Positions 9,613 through 18,195 of a stretch of DNA of 50,867 nt are shown here, one piece after another. A model generated the notes under the pieces. The model had not been told where the DNA came from. It made no database searches and saw only the letters and a program-made list of their open reading frames with translations. Origin of the DNA: a virus (Duplodnaviria; Caudoviricetes). The stretch is from positions 1 to 50,867 of the IMG/VR virus record IMGVR_UViG_3300006865_000002, one strand, 5' to 3'. The position numbers and the translations under genes are program-made. The first letter of the stretch is position 1; every line of letters begins with the position of its first letter.

Positions 9613-9627
9613 ACGAGTGTAGTAAAC

Positions 9628-9640
9628 GATCTTTGAAAAC
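9628..9640 (+). promoter_or_regulatory. boxA-like antitermination element
   Basis: GATCTTTGAAAAC about 10 nt after the predicted TSS; resembles rrn boxA. Confidence 0.5.
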
Positions 9641-9801
9641 GGGGCCGCGAGTGACGCGGGGCGGAACCAAGACCCCCCAACCGATATCGAGCCCGGATTG
9701 ACCGGGGCAGGGTTGGCGGGGTGCCGGGAGAAGGACGCGAAGAACCCGGACGCCAAAGGGAACGGTAGCCAAAACCGATAGAGATTGATGGAGGAAGAAC
9801 C

Positions 9802-10248
9802 ATGGCGGACAAGATGGACATTCGGCTTTCGATCTTCAACGGCAAGTACACGATTCAGAATCGGACCACGGGCGAACACCGAACCTTCATGGTCAAGACC
9901 CAAGCCGAAGACGCGAAGTTCGCGCCCGGAACGCGGGTCGTCGCGCTTCTGACGGGCTCCGACAACGATTCGGACGCCAGCTATCAGGGGTTCGGGTTCG
10001 TCAACTTGGACGGAATCCGGGTTTGGTCCAGCAAGCGCGGGACGCCGGACGGGAAGAAGTCGGCTTGGGAGTGGTACGCGGAAATGTTGTGGTCGCTGGC
10101 CGTGGACGCGGGGCATTCCGAATACGCCGACCGCTATACCCTTCTCATGGAAGGCCGTTGCGTCAAATGCAATCGGGTACTGACCGAGCCCGAAAGCATC
10201 CGAACGGGAATTGGCCCGGTTTGCGCCGGGCGGGAGGGAAAGGAGTAA
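9802..10248 (+). CDS. DUF6011-like Zn-finger protein
   Basis: C-terminal GRCVKCNRVLTEPESIRTGIGPVC motif; RBS ggagg. Confidence 0.75.
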   Translation: MADKMDIRLSIFNGKYTIQNRTTGEHRTFMVKTQAEDAKFAPGTRVVALLTGSDNDSDASYQGFGFVNLDGIRVWSSKRGTPDGKKSAWEWYAEMLWSLAVDAGHSEYADRYTLLMEGRCVKCNRVLTEPESIRTGIGPVCAGREGKE

Positions 10249-10310
10249 CCGGGGGACGGACGCCCCCGGCCCCATGTCGGGGCCGGGGAATCGAGTTTGG
10301 AGGAAAGGCC

Positions 10311-10529
10311 ATGCGCGTTATCACGTCGGGCCGGACGGGGACCAAGGGCTACCTTATCCGCATGTCGGCGGTCGTGGAGTCCAAGACCGAGCCCAAGCCC
10401 GAGGAAGTCGCGGCCAAGGCCGGGTATCATCCGGCGGGCTACGGCTGTTACGATGCGGTCGTGACCCGGGAGCCGGACCTTGTGGACGGTTGGCTTGTCT
10501 GTTGGTCGCGCGGTTCGACGTGCGACTAG
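10311..10529 (+). CDS. Hypothetical protein
   Basis: RBS ggagg, ATG, operon packing. Confidence 0.6.
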   Translation: MRVITSGRTGTKGYLIRMSAVVESKTEPKPEEVAAKAGYHPAGYGCYDAVVTREPDLVDGWLVCWSRGSTCD

Positions 10530-10541
10530 GGAGGAAGGACG

Positions 10542-10730
10542 ATGGAAGACGAAACCAAAGTGGAATTCCGAGTCCATACGGACTTGCCCGGCGTCCCGCT
10601 TTGCGGCGTCTTGGCGTGTCCGTGCGGCGGGCAGTTCTTCCGCAAGCGTTCGCGCGGCGCGGAGTTCACCACGGGCGTTTGGAAGTGTTCCGGTTGTAAG
10701 GTCGAAATCGAGTTGGTCGAAAAACAGTAA
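10542..10730 (+). CDS. Small Zn-ribbon protein
   Basis: CPCG...CSGC; strong RBS. Confidence 0.6.
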   Translation: MEDETKVEFRVHTDLPGVPLCGVLACPCGGQFFRKRSRGAEFTTGVWKCSGCKVEIELVEKQ

Positions 10731-10757
10731 CCAAACTTTTTTGAAAGGACGGCAACC

Positions 10758-11528
10758 ATGTTCACGATTACGGAAGGCACGGCGATTTCCCGCAAGGCCC
10801 TTGTCGGTATCCCGGTCACGTCCCGCGCCAAGGGCGAAGTCACCGACCGTTGGAAGGGCCTTCGCCATTCGGAGTTGGCCGACACCGTGGTTGACCGCGT
10901 GGAAAACGCGGGGTTCAAGATCAAGGGGGAGCGTTGGGCTACGGCCATGGACAACGCGGCGTTGTACGGGTCGTTGGACCTTCTGCCCGCCCCCGAAATG
11001 AAGATCGAAGTTCCGAAGGGCGTTGGGCTTTCCCTTGGGCTTCGTCACTCCAACAACGGGCGGTACGCGCTTACGTTCTTCGCCGGGGCGCGCGTGTTCG
11101 TTTGCTCCAACGGGATGATTTCCGAGCAGTTCACCCCGGGGGACCGCAAGCGGCATACCATGAACCTGAACCTTCAGGACACCATTGACGCCGGGCTTGT
11201 CCAGTTCGCGGACGGCGCGCGGGATTCGCTGGCGAAGGAAATCAAGGCCCTTCAGGGCATGGACTATTCTTCGGAACTGAAGGTCCATCACGTCCTTTGC
11301 AGGACGGGCGCGCTTGGGCTGGTCCCGTGGTCACAGTTGGGCAAGGTCGAAGCGGCTTGGCGGACGCCCCCGCACCCCGAGTTCAAGCCGCGCAACGGCT
11401 GGTCGCTGTACAATGCGTTTACCGAAGTCGCCAAGTCCTTCAGCCCGGCGAATCAGGCCAAGAGCATTTCGGGGATTCGCACGGTCTTTCAGGAAGCGGC
11501 GCGGGACGCGCGGTTCCGGTCCAACTAG
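10758..11528 (+). CDS. DUF932/DUF945-family protein
   Basis: LRHSNNG...AGARVFVCSNGM and WSLYNAFTE motifs. Confidence 0.75.
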   Translation: MFTITEGTAISRKALVGIPVTSRAKGEVTDRWKGLRHSELADTVVDRVENAGFKIKGERWATAMDNAALYGSLDLLPAPEMKIEVPKGVGLSLGLRHSNNGRYALTFFAGARVFVCSNGMISEQFTPGDRKRHTMNLNLQDTIDAGLVQFADGARDSLAKEIKALQGMDYSSELKVHHVLCRTGALGLVPWSQLGKVEAAWRTPPHPEFKPRNGWSLYNAFTEVAKSFSPANQAKSISGIRTVFQEAARDARFRSN

Positions 11529-11541
11529 GGTCGGAATTCCC

Positions 11542-11569
11542 TTGACTAGACCCCCTGTCGGGGTATAGT
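11542..11569 (+). promoter_or_regulatory. sigma70-type promoter
   Basis: TTGACT-N16-TATAGT in an intergenic gap. Confidence 0.6.
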
Positions 11570-11690
11570 TGAAATCTCAAGCCAAGGCCCCGGGGGGAGC
11601 CCTACGCTATGCGTGGGGCGAACCCCCGGGGCGGCGGCGACCGCGACCGGACGGGGAATCCGGCGACTTGTCAATACAGGGAATGTAGCC

Positions 11691-12590
11691 ATGCCGAAAA
11701 TCGCGTATCTCGATAAGCGGTTCAACGCTTCTTCGCGCGAAATCATCCGAAAGGCCAACGCCATAATCGAAGAGTACGCCCAACAGGGTTTCGATTTGAC
11801 GTTGCGGCAGTTGTTCTACCAGTTCGTTAGCCGAGACTTCCTGAAGAACAGCCAGAAAGAATACAAGCGGCTAGGCCAAATCATTTCGGACGCGCGGCTT
11901 GCCGGGCTGGTCGATTGGGAAGCAATCACGGATCGGACCCGCAATCTTCGCGGCCTGTCCCATTGGGACAACCCGGAGGAAATCATCCGGTCGGCGTCGG
12001 AGTCCTTCCGGCTGGACAAATGGGCGGACCAGAAGTTCCGGCCCGAAGTCTGGATCGAAAAGGACGCGCTGGCCGGGGTCTTCGAAGGGGTTTGCCAATC
12101 TCTCGACGTGCCGTACTTCTCTTGCCGTGGTTACACGTCGCAATCCGAAATGTGGGCAGCGGCCCAACGGATGCTTCGTTGGAAGAAGGCCGGGCAAACG
12201 CCCGTCGTGTTCCACTTCGGGGACCATGACCCTTCGGGAAAGGACATGACCCGCGACATTGTGGACCGTCTCACGCTGTTCATGGGCGGAATCAAGTTGG
12301 AACGGCTGGCCCTGAACATGGATCAAATCGAGCAATACAACCCGCCGCCCAACCCGGCCAAGCTGACCGACACGCGGGCGGAAGCGTACATCGCGGAGTT
12401 TGGCGCGGAGTCGTGGGAGTTGGACGCGCTGGACCCGAAGGTTTTGGCCGCGCTGGTCCAAGCCGCCGTGAAGTCCGTTCGGGACGAAAAGGCTTGGAAG
12501 GCCAGCGTAGCCGAAGAGAACGAACAGCGCAAAGACCTTTCGGCTTGCTCCGACCGTTGGGAAGACGTGGTGGATTTCCTCAATGAGTAA
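11691..12590 (+). CDS. Topoisomerase VI subunit A / Spo11-like protein (wHTH + Toprim)
   Basis: TLRQLFY (putative catalytic Tyr), EVWIEKDAL, FGDHDPSG Toprim acidic motifs. Confidence 0.7.
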   Translation: MPKIAYLDKRFNASSREIIRKANAIIEEYAQQGFDLTLRQLFYQFVSRDFLKNSQKEYKRLGQIISDARLAGLVDWEAITDRTRNLRGLSHWDNPEEIIRSASESFRLDKWADQKFRPEVWIEKDALAGVFEGVCQSLDVPYFSCRGYTSQSEMWAAAQRMLRWKKAGQTPVVFHFGDHDPSGKDMTRDIVDRLTLFMGGIKLERLALNMDQIEQYNPPPNPAKLTDTRAEAYIAEFGAESWELDALDPKVLAALVQAAVKSVRDEKAWKASVAEENEQRKDLSACSDRWEDVVDFLNE

Positions 12591-12840
12591 ACCCAAGTCG
12601 GTTCGGGAAGCATACGACGCCGGGTATTGCACGGCGAAGTATTGCCGCGACTTGGTAGGTTCAGGGGAAGGGGTCCAAGACCATACGGACCCGGACAACC
12701 CGCAACGCTATTGTTGGTCCTGCTATCAAAAGCTGGAAGCCAAGCGCGAAGCGGAATCCAAGTTCGTACCGGACTTGGAGCCCCAACCCGAGCCCGCCCC
12801 GAAGCCCCGGCGCGTGGTCGTCGTGCGGAGGAAGCACTAG
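12583..12840 (+). CDS. Hypothetical Cys-rich protein
   Basis: CxxxxC...CxxC; overlaps the previous stop. Confidence 0.55.
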   Translation: MSKPKSVREAYDAGYCTAKYCRDLVGSGEGVQDHTDPDNPQRYCWSCYQKLEAKREAESKFVPDLEPQPEPAPKPRRVVVVRRKH

Positions 12841-12842
12841 CC

Positions 12843-14294
12843 ATGCGGCCCGCCCTTCCCCATCAAGTCAAAGGAATTGGCTACTGTTCCCGGTTCCATC
12901 ATCCCGCGTTGTTTATGGAAATGCGGCTAGGGAAAACCCTAGTCGCTATCCGCGCGTGTCGCAAATGGGGGGTCAAGGCCGTTTTGGTCTTGGCCCCCCT
13001 TTCCGTTTTGAAGTCTTGGGAAACCGAGTTGAAGGAAGAAGGGGAGTCTTGGATTTCGTCCCCGGACTCCGACCAACTCGATTTCGAATCCCCGCCGGAC
13101 GGAAAAATTGCTTGGGTCTTGGTCAACTTCGAAAGGTTGTTGGCGGGGTTCAAGGCTTGCGACAATCCCCAAGACCAGCCGGAAGACAAGTCCCAAGAAC
13201 GGCGGTTCCGTCGTTTACTCGCGCGGTTCAAGCGTTGCGATTACGACGACTCGCCCCGGCTGGCCGCGTGGTCCGCGTGGGAATCCCAATTCGATACGGT
13301 CATAGTGGACGAATCAACCCGCATCAAGAACCCGAAGGCCATGATTACGCGGTTGGTCACGACCGCCTTTCGGGGCGCGGACCATCGGGCGATTCTGTCG
13401 GGGCTACCGAACCCGGAAGGCCCGCTAGACTTCGTGGAGCAATTCCGGTTCCTGCACGGTCGGTTCATGCGGGCCAAAACCTATTGGTCCTTCCGGGCGC
13501 GCAACTTCGAACCTTTGGACTATCAATGGGTGCCTAAGCCCGGGGTCCGTCAAGGGATCAAGGCCGAAGTCGGTAGGTTGTCCTTCATCATGAGCCGCAA
13601 GGAAGCGGGGATCGGTTCGAAGAAGATTTATTCGCGTCGTTATATCCAACCGACTACGGAACAAACCGAGTTGTTCGACCAAGTGGAAGGCGAATACCGT
13701 TTGGGCGAACAGGAAACGAAATATTCCCTTGTAATCCATTCGTGGTTGGGTAGAATTGCCGGGGGTCACGGGGAGGATTGGAACGTTGTATCCGAGAGAA
13801 AGGGACGAGAAGTCGTGACGCTGCTAGAGGGGGAACTAAGGCGCGAACCCGCCTTGGTCCTGTTCCGCTTCAATGCGGAACTCCGCTTGGTCGCCGGGAT
13901 GCTTCGCCGGGCTCGAATCCCGTTCGTATGGATTACGGGCGAGACTTCGCCGGACGAACGCCACGCGCGGCGGCTTCTCTTTCAGAAAGGGCGTGCCCGG
14001 GTCGCCCTTCTGCAAATAAAGGTTTGCAAGTACGGGCTGGACTTCTCCCGCGCGTCCACGTCGATCTACTATTCCAATTCGTTTTCGCTGGACGAACGGC
14101 GGCAGTCCGAAGATCGTATCATCCATCCCATGAAGAAAGACCCGCTCTTGTATATCGACTTGTTGACGCGGGACTCCGTGGACGAATCGCTTTCGGAAGC
14201 GTTGCGGATCAAGGGCGCGGATTCGTCTTGGTTCCTCCGTAAGTTCTTCCAGCTTGAAAGGGAACGCATTGTCCGCCGTCTTCGTGTCTCTTGA
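12843..14294 (+). CDS. SNF2-family (SF2) helicase
   Basis: MEMRLGKT, IVDESTRIKN, LSGLP, GLDFS...QSEDRI. Confidence 0.9.
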   Translation: MRPALPHQVKGIGYCSRFHHPALFMEMRLGKTLVAIRACRKWGVKAVLVLAPLSVLKSWETELKEEGESWISSPDSDQLDFESPPDGKIAWVLVNFERLLAGFKACDNPQDQPEDKSQERRFRRLLARFKRCDYDDSPRLAAWSAWESQFDTVIVDESTRIKNPKAMITRLVTTAFRGADHRAILSGLPNPEGPLDFVEQFRFLHGRFMRAKTYWSFRARNFEPLDYQWVPKPGVRQGIKAEVGRLSFIMSRKEAGIGSKKIYSRRYIQPTTEQTELFDQVEGEYRLGEQETKYSLVIHSWLGRIAGGHGEDWNVVSERKGREVVTLLEGELRREPALVLFRFNAELRLVAGMLRRARIPFVWITGETSPDERHARRLLFQKGRARVALLQIKVCKYGLDFSRASTSIYYSNSFSLDERRQSEDRIIHPMKKDPLLYIDLLTRDSVDESLSEALRIKGADSSWFLRKFFQLERERIVRRLRVS

Positions 14295-14766
14295 CCCGGG
14301 CCAGCGCACGGGCGTTGCCGTTTGGTCCAACGACCAACGGCGGGCCTTGGTTCCGCCCTTGACCGTGGACTACTGGACGGCCACGGAAGGGGATTGGGCG
14401 TTGCGTTGCCGGGCCTTGGGCTTCAAGCTGCACGGCTTCCTAAGCACGAACCGTAACCGGGGCGTGTCCAACGTCATTTGTGAACTCCCGGCCTTCTTCG
14501 AAGGGGAGAAGGGCCACGCGGCAGCGGCCAAGGGCGACGTCGTGAAGCTGTCCTATTTGGTCGGGGTATATGCCGGAATGTGTCACGCCCAAGGGGTAGG
14601 CTTCACGCTAGTTCCGGTTCGGGAGTGGAAGGGCCAGCTTTCGAAGAAGATCGTAGCGGCAAGGATTCGAAAGCGGATCGGGGATCAAGCGTTGGACGAC
14701 ATGGAGTTTCACGGGGACATTTGGGACGCCGTGGGGATAGGTCTATACGTGAAGGGACATTTCTAA
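14254..14766 (+). CDS. ruvC: RuvC-like Holliday junction resolvase (start uncertain)
   Basis: SLDPGQRTGVA, ICELP, WKGQLSK, DIWDAVGIG. Confidence 0.75.
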   Translation: MKGNALSAVFVSLDPGQRTGVAVWSNDQRRALVPPLTVDYWTATEGDWALRCRALGFKLHGFLSTNRNRGVSNVICELPAFFEGEKGHAAAAKGDVVKLSYLVGVYAGMCHAQGVGFTLVPVREWKGQLSKKIVAARIRKRIGDQALDDMEFHGDIWDAVGIGLYVKGHF

Positions 14767-15317
14767 TGGACATTCGAAAAGAGTTCGAAGAGTGGATCAA
14801 CTGCCGGAAGTGTCCCTTGGGGGAGCGGGCCAAGTTCCACGTCCTAGGCCGGGGCGAACTCCCGGCGCAAGTCCTGTTCGTGGGGGAAGGTCCGGGCAAG
14901 TCCGAAGACGTGTTGGGAGAAGCCTTCATCGGCCCCGCCGGGAAGCTGTTGGACAAGGCCGTTTCGTTCGCCAACAAGAAAAAGGCCCCGGTCTACTTCA
15001 CGAACTTGGTTGCTTGCCGACCGTGCGACCGGATCGGCGCGCCCAACCGCCAGCCGGAAGGCTCCGAAATCTTGGCGTGTTTGCCGCGTCTTCAGAAAGC
15101 CGTGAAAATCTCCGGGGCGCGCGGCATAGTGCTTTGTGGAAAACTGCCCCAACTCGTTTTCGCAAAGTTCATGCAATGGCCCGAACCCGTAGTCAAGCCG
15201 TCCATTCTGGAAATCCCCCATCCGGCTTGGGTGCTTCGACGGGGAGGGGATCAATCCGCCGATTGGCCTAACTACGTGTCCAAACTGGTTTCGTTTTTTG
15301 GAAAGGTAACGACATGA
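14766..15317 (+). CDS. Uracil-DNA glycosylase family 4 (Fe-S)
   Basis: CRKCPL, VGEGPGKSED...FIGPAGKLLD, TNLVACRP, HPA. Confidence 0.9.
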   Translation: MDIRKEFEEWINCRKCPLGERAKFHVLGRGELPAQVLFVGEGPGKSEDVLGEAFIGPAGKLLDKAVSFANKKKAPVYFTNLVACRPCDRIGAPNRQPEGSEILACLPRLQKAVKISGARGIVLCGKLPQLVFAKFMQWPEPVVKPSILEIPHPAWVLRRGGDQSADWPNYVSKLVSFFGKVTT

Positions 15318-16297
15318 AGAAGGCCGCGCCGCCCAAACCCTACGACATGGAGTCGGACGGAGTAACCCAAAGCCTGTTGGGGATGTTCTTCGAATGCCGC
15401 CAGAAGTCAAGCATCTACCTTGACCGATGGTCGCCGTTGAAGGTCGCCCAACCCTTGCTTCACGGCATCTTGACCCATCGGGTTTTGGAAGTCGTCCACG
15501 AACAGCAACGGAAGGCGAAAAAGACGCCGGGCCGGGAGTCCATCATCAAGACCGTTCAAGCCGTGTTGGACGAACACGAACGCAAGGACGGGTCGCGCTG
15601 GTCGGCGGAAGAAACGGAGAAGTTTGAAACGGTGGGCGCGCAAATGCTGGCGGTCCTGCCGGAATACTTCGCCTATTGGGACGTGAAGAAGCCCCTTGAT
15701 TGGGTGGACGTGGAAGGGGTCTTCCGGGTTCCCTTTTGTTTCGACACCGTGTCCATTCCCAACCGCCGGACTTGGCTTATGGGACGCTTCGACGGCGTGT
15801 ATACGTCCAAGACCAAATCCCTTTGGCTGTTCGACGCGAAGAACAAATCGCAAATCGTGGAAGAACAGCTTGGGGAAACCTTGCTCCGTGACTTCCAAAT
15901 CAACTTCTACTTGCTGGCCGTCCGCATTCTCACGGGCAAGATTCCGGCGGGCTTCCTGTACAACGTGATTCGCCGTCCCAACCTGAAAGTCGGCAAGGCC
16001 GAATCGTTGGACCAGTACCGCGCCCGCATCGTGGAGCATATCAAGGAAGAACCGGAACACTACTTCAAGCGGTACGAAGTATGCGTGTCCAAGTCCGACC
16101 TTGACCAATTCGAAAAGGAGTTGCGAGAAGTCCTTTCAGACTTCTACGCATGGTCCAAGGCCGGGCGTCCCGTGCGGCTGTTCGGCCAGCCGTGTATCAA
16201 CAAGTTCGGAATGTGTCCGAACATCCCGATTTGCTACAACGACAACCGGGCGACCTTCTACCAGCGTCCGGCGGTCTTCGCGGAATTGGAGGAATAA
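15314..16297 (+). CDS. PD-(D/E)xK exonuclease (RecB/Cas4-like)
   Basis: GILTHRVLE, GRFDGV...FDAKN, QINFY, terminal Cys cluster. Confidence 0.8.
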   Translation: MKKAAPPKPYDMESDGVTQSLLGMFFECRQKSSIYLDRWSPLKVAQPLLHGILTHRVLEVVHEQQRKAKKTPGRESIIKTVQAVLDEHERKDGSRWSAEETEKFETVGAQMLAVLPEYFAYWDVKKPLDWVDVEGVFRVPFCFDTVSIPNRRTWLMGRFDGVYTSKTKSLWLFDAKNKSQIVEEQLGETLLRDFQINFYLLAVRILTGKIPAGFLYNVIRRPNLKVGKAESLDQYRARIVEHIKEEPEHYFKRYEVCVSKSDLDQFEKELREVLSDFYAWSKAGRPVRLFGQPCINKFGMCPNIPICYNDNRATFYQRPAVFAELEE

Positions 16298-16299
16298 CC

Positions 16300-17109
16300 A
16301 TGGTCCTGAAGAAGAAGGTTGCGCCCGCCGCGCCCGTGCTGACCCTGCCGGACGAACCTACGGTCCCCGTTGGGGAGTTGGGCCGCTATTCGATGCTTCT
16401 CTACGGGTTGGAGAAGATCGGCAAAACGTCCTTGGCCGCGCAGTTCCCCGAAGCGTTCTTCCTCTTGTGCGAACCCGGCGGCAAGGCTTTGTCGCTGTTC
16501 TCCCGGGAAGTGAAGAACTGGGGCCAGTTCAAGACCTACCTTGACCTTCTGGACAAGAACCCTACCCGGTTCGGAACCGTGGTCGTGGACACCGTGGACT
16601 TGGCGTTCAAGTATTGCGAAGAATACATGCTTCGCAAACTTGGGATCGTCCACGAATCGGACGAAGAATGGGGCAAGGGCTGGTCGCTGGTCCGAAACGA
16701 ATTCGCTATGACCATGGCCCGAATCATCAACGGGCCGCGCGGAACGATCTTCATTTCCCACGCGACCGAAAAGAAGCTGAAGCGGCGCGACGGTAGGTCG
16801 TCGGATAGGATCGTCCCGACGATGCCCAACCAAGCCCGGCAAGTCTTGGAGCCCATGGTTGACATTTGGGCTTACTATCAGTACAGCGACGGCGGGAAGC
16901 GAATCCTTACGATCCGGGGCGACGACTTCATAGCCGCCGGGCATCGGGTCAAGGAACACTTCGTCGGCGTGACCGATGTTTCCATGGGCGATTCGCCCGA
17001 AGAGGGATATAGAAACTACGTCGCGGCCTTCAACAAGACCGCGCCCGTTGCCCCGGCAGGGGAGAAAGGAGGGGAATCGAAGCGCGTTGTTCGCATCGTC
17101 CGGCGATAG
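16300..17109 (+). CDS. AAA_24 / Sak4-like ATPase
   Basis: LYGLEKIGKTS Walker A, VVVDTVD Walker B, GKGW, FISHA. Confidence 0.85.
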   Translation: MVLKKKVAPAAPVLTLPDEPTVPVGELGRYSMLLYGLEKIGKTSLAAQFPEAFFLLCEPGGKALSLFSREVKNWGQFKTYLDLLDKNPTRFGTVVVDTVDLAFKYCEEYMLRKLGIVHESDEEWGKGWSLVRNEFAMTMARIINGPRGTIFISHATEKKLKRRDGRSSDRIVPTMPNQARQVLEPMVDIWAYYQYSDGGKRILTIRGDDFIAAGHRVKEHFVGVTDVSMGDSPEEGYRNYVAAFNKTAPVAPAGEKGGESKRVVRIVRR

Positions 17110-17158
17110 CAGTAAAGGGAAGTGGAACGACTTTGACTTAGAATGAAAGGGATTTGAA

Positions 17159-18037
17159 ATGGCATCCGAGTTTTCCAATCGGCTGAAGAAGTTGGGCGCG
17201 AACTGGAAGAAGGCCAGCAAGCGCGACCCTTCCGAGTTCGGCGGGTCTTCCGTCGAAGACGGAATCTACCGTCTCCGCATCACGGAATGCGAGTTGACGG
17301 AATCCGTTTCCTCCGGTCGGCTCCAAATCCATTGGGGCTTCACCGTGGAGGAAGGCGATTCCAAGGGCGAACAGGTTCACGACTACGACGGCTTGGAGTC
17401 GGAAGACAACTTGTTTTTCCTTCAGCGGAAACTTGCCCGGTTGGGCAAGGAAGTTCCCGAAGACATTTCGGCAATCGAACCCGTGTTGGCCGAAATCGTC
17501 AAGGAACGGCCCTTGATCCGTGGCCGGGTCAAGACCAAGGACGACTTCACGCACGTCTATATCAACAAGATGTTGGACGACAAGGGGCAGGACGTGGAGT
17601 TCGCGGAGCCGGACGGCGCGGAGCCCGAGCCCGAGGAAGAAGGCGGCGAGGAAGCCGCCCCGGAAGCGGAGCCCGAAGCCGCCCCGGAGGAAGTCCAGCC
17701 GGAAGCCGAAGCGGAGCCCGCCGCCGAAGCGGAACCCGAGGGGGTCGCGCTGGAAGAGGGAATGCGCGTGACCTTCAAGAGCAAGGGCGCGGACGTCGAA
17801 GGCGAAATCGTGGAGTTCGTGGAGAACGACACGAAAGCCCGGGTCAAGACCGACGCGGGCGTTTACAAGGTCGCCGTGGACGCCCTGTCCCCCGTGGAAG
17901 GCGAAGCGGAGCCCGAGCCCGAGCCCGAGCCGGAACCGGAGCCGAAGAAGAAGGCCCCGGCCAAGGCTCCCGCCAAGGCCCCGGCGAAGCCCGCCCCGAC
18001 CAAGACGACGGGGAAGGTTTCCAAGGTCAAGCGGTAG
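17159..18037 (+). CDS. DUF669-like ssDNA-binding protein with acidic linker, SH3-like domain and Lys/Ala/Pro tail
   Basis: DGIYRLRITECE OB-like start; synteny after the exonuclease and Sak4; EP repeats. Confidence 0.7.
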   Translation: MASEFSNRLKKLGANWKKASKRDPSEFGGSSVEDGIYRLRITECELTESVSSGRLQIHWGFTVEEGDSKGEQVHDYDGLESEDNLFFLQRKLARLGKEVPEDISAIEPVLAEIVKERPLIRGRVKTKDDFTHVYINKMLDDKGQDVEFAEPDGAEPEPEEEGGEEAAPEAEPEAAPEEVQPEAEAEPAAEAEPEGVALEEGMRVTFKSKGADVEGEIVEFVENDTKARVKTDAGVYKVAVDALSPVEGEAEPEPEPEPEPEPKKKAPAKAPAKAPAKPAPTKTTGKVSKVKR

Positions 18038-18095
18038 TCCACTACCTACCGGAGTCCGGGGGGCGGGCCTGTTGTCCGCTCCCCGGCCCGGTCCT

Positions 18096-18169
18096 TGGCC
18101 CGTCGTCTAATGGTAGGACAAGGGACTTTGAATCCCTTTATCTAGGTTCGAATCCTAGCGGGCCAGCCA
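18096..18169 (+). tRNA. trnQ: tRNA-Gln (anticodon TTG)
   Basis: Cloverleaf: acceptor TGGCCCG/CGGGCCA, anticodon arm AGGGA-CTTTGAA-TCCCT, T arm CTAGG-TTCGAAT-CCTAG, encoded CCA. Confidence 0.95.
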
Positions 18170-18195
18170 AAGGGCTTTGATGGAGACTACGGCCC

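Noticed and set aside
15314-16297. Cas4 indicating a CRISPR system
   Set aside because: It sits in the standard exonuclease-Sak4-SSB recombination module; no array present
17900-17990. Short tandem repeats (GAGCCC)n and the 27-bp repeat at 39042 as a CRISPR array or DGR
   Set aside because: In-frame coding repeats without spacers; no cas or reverse transcriptase gene
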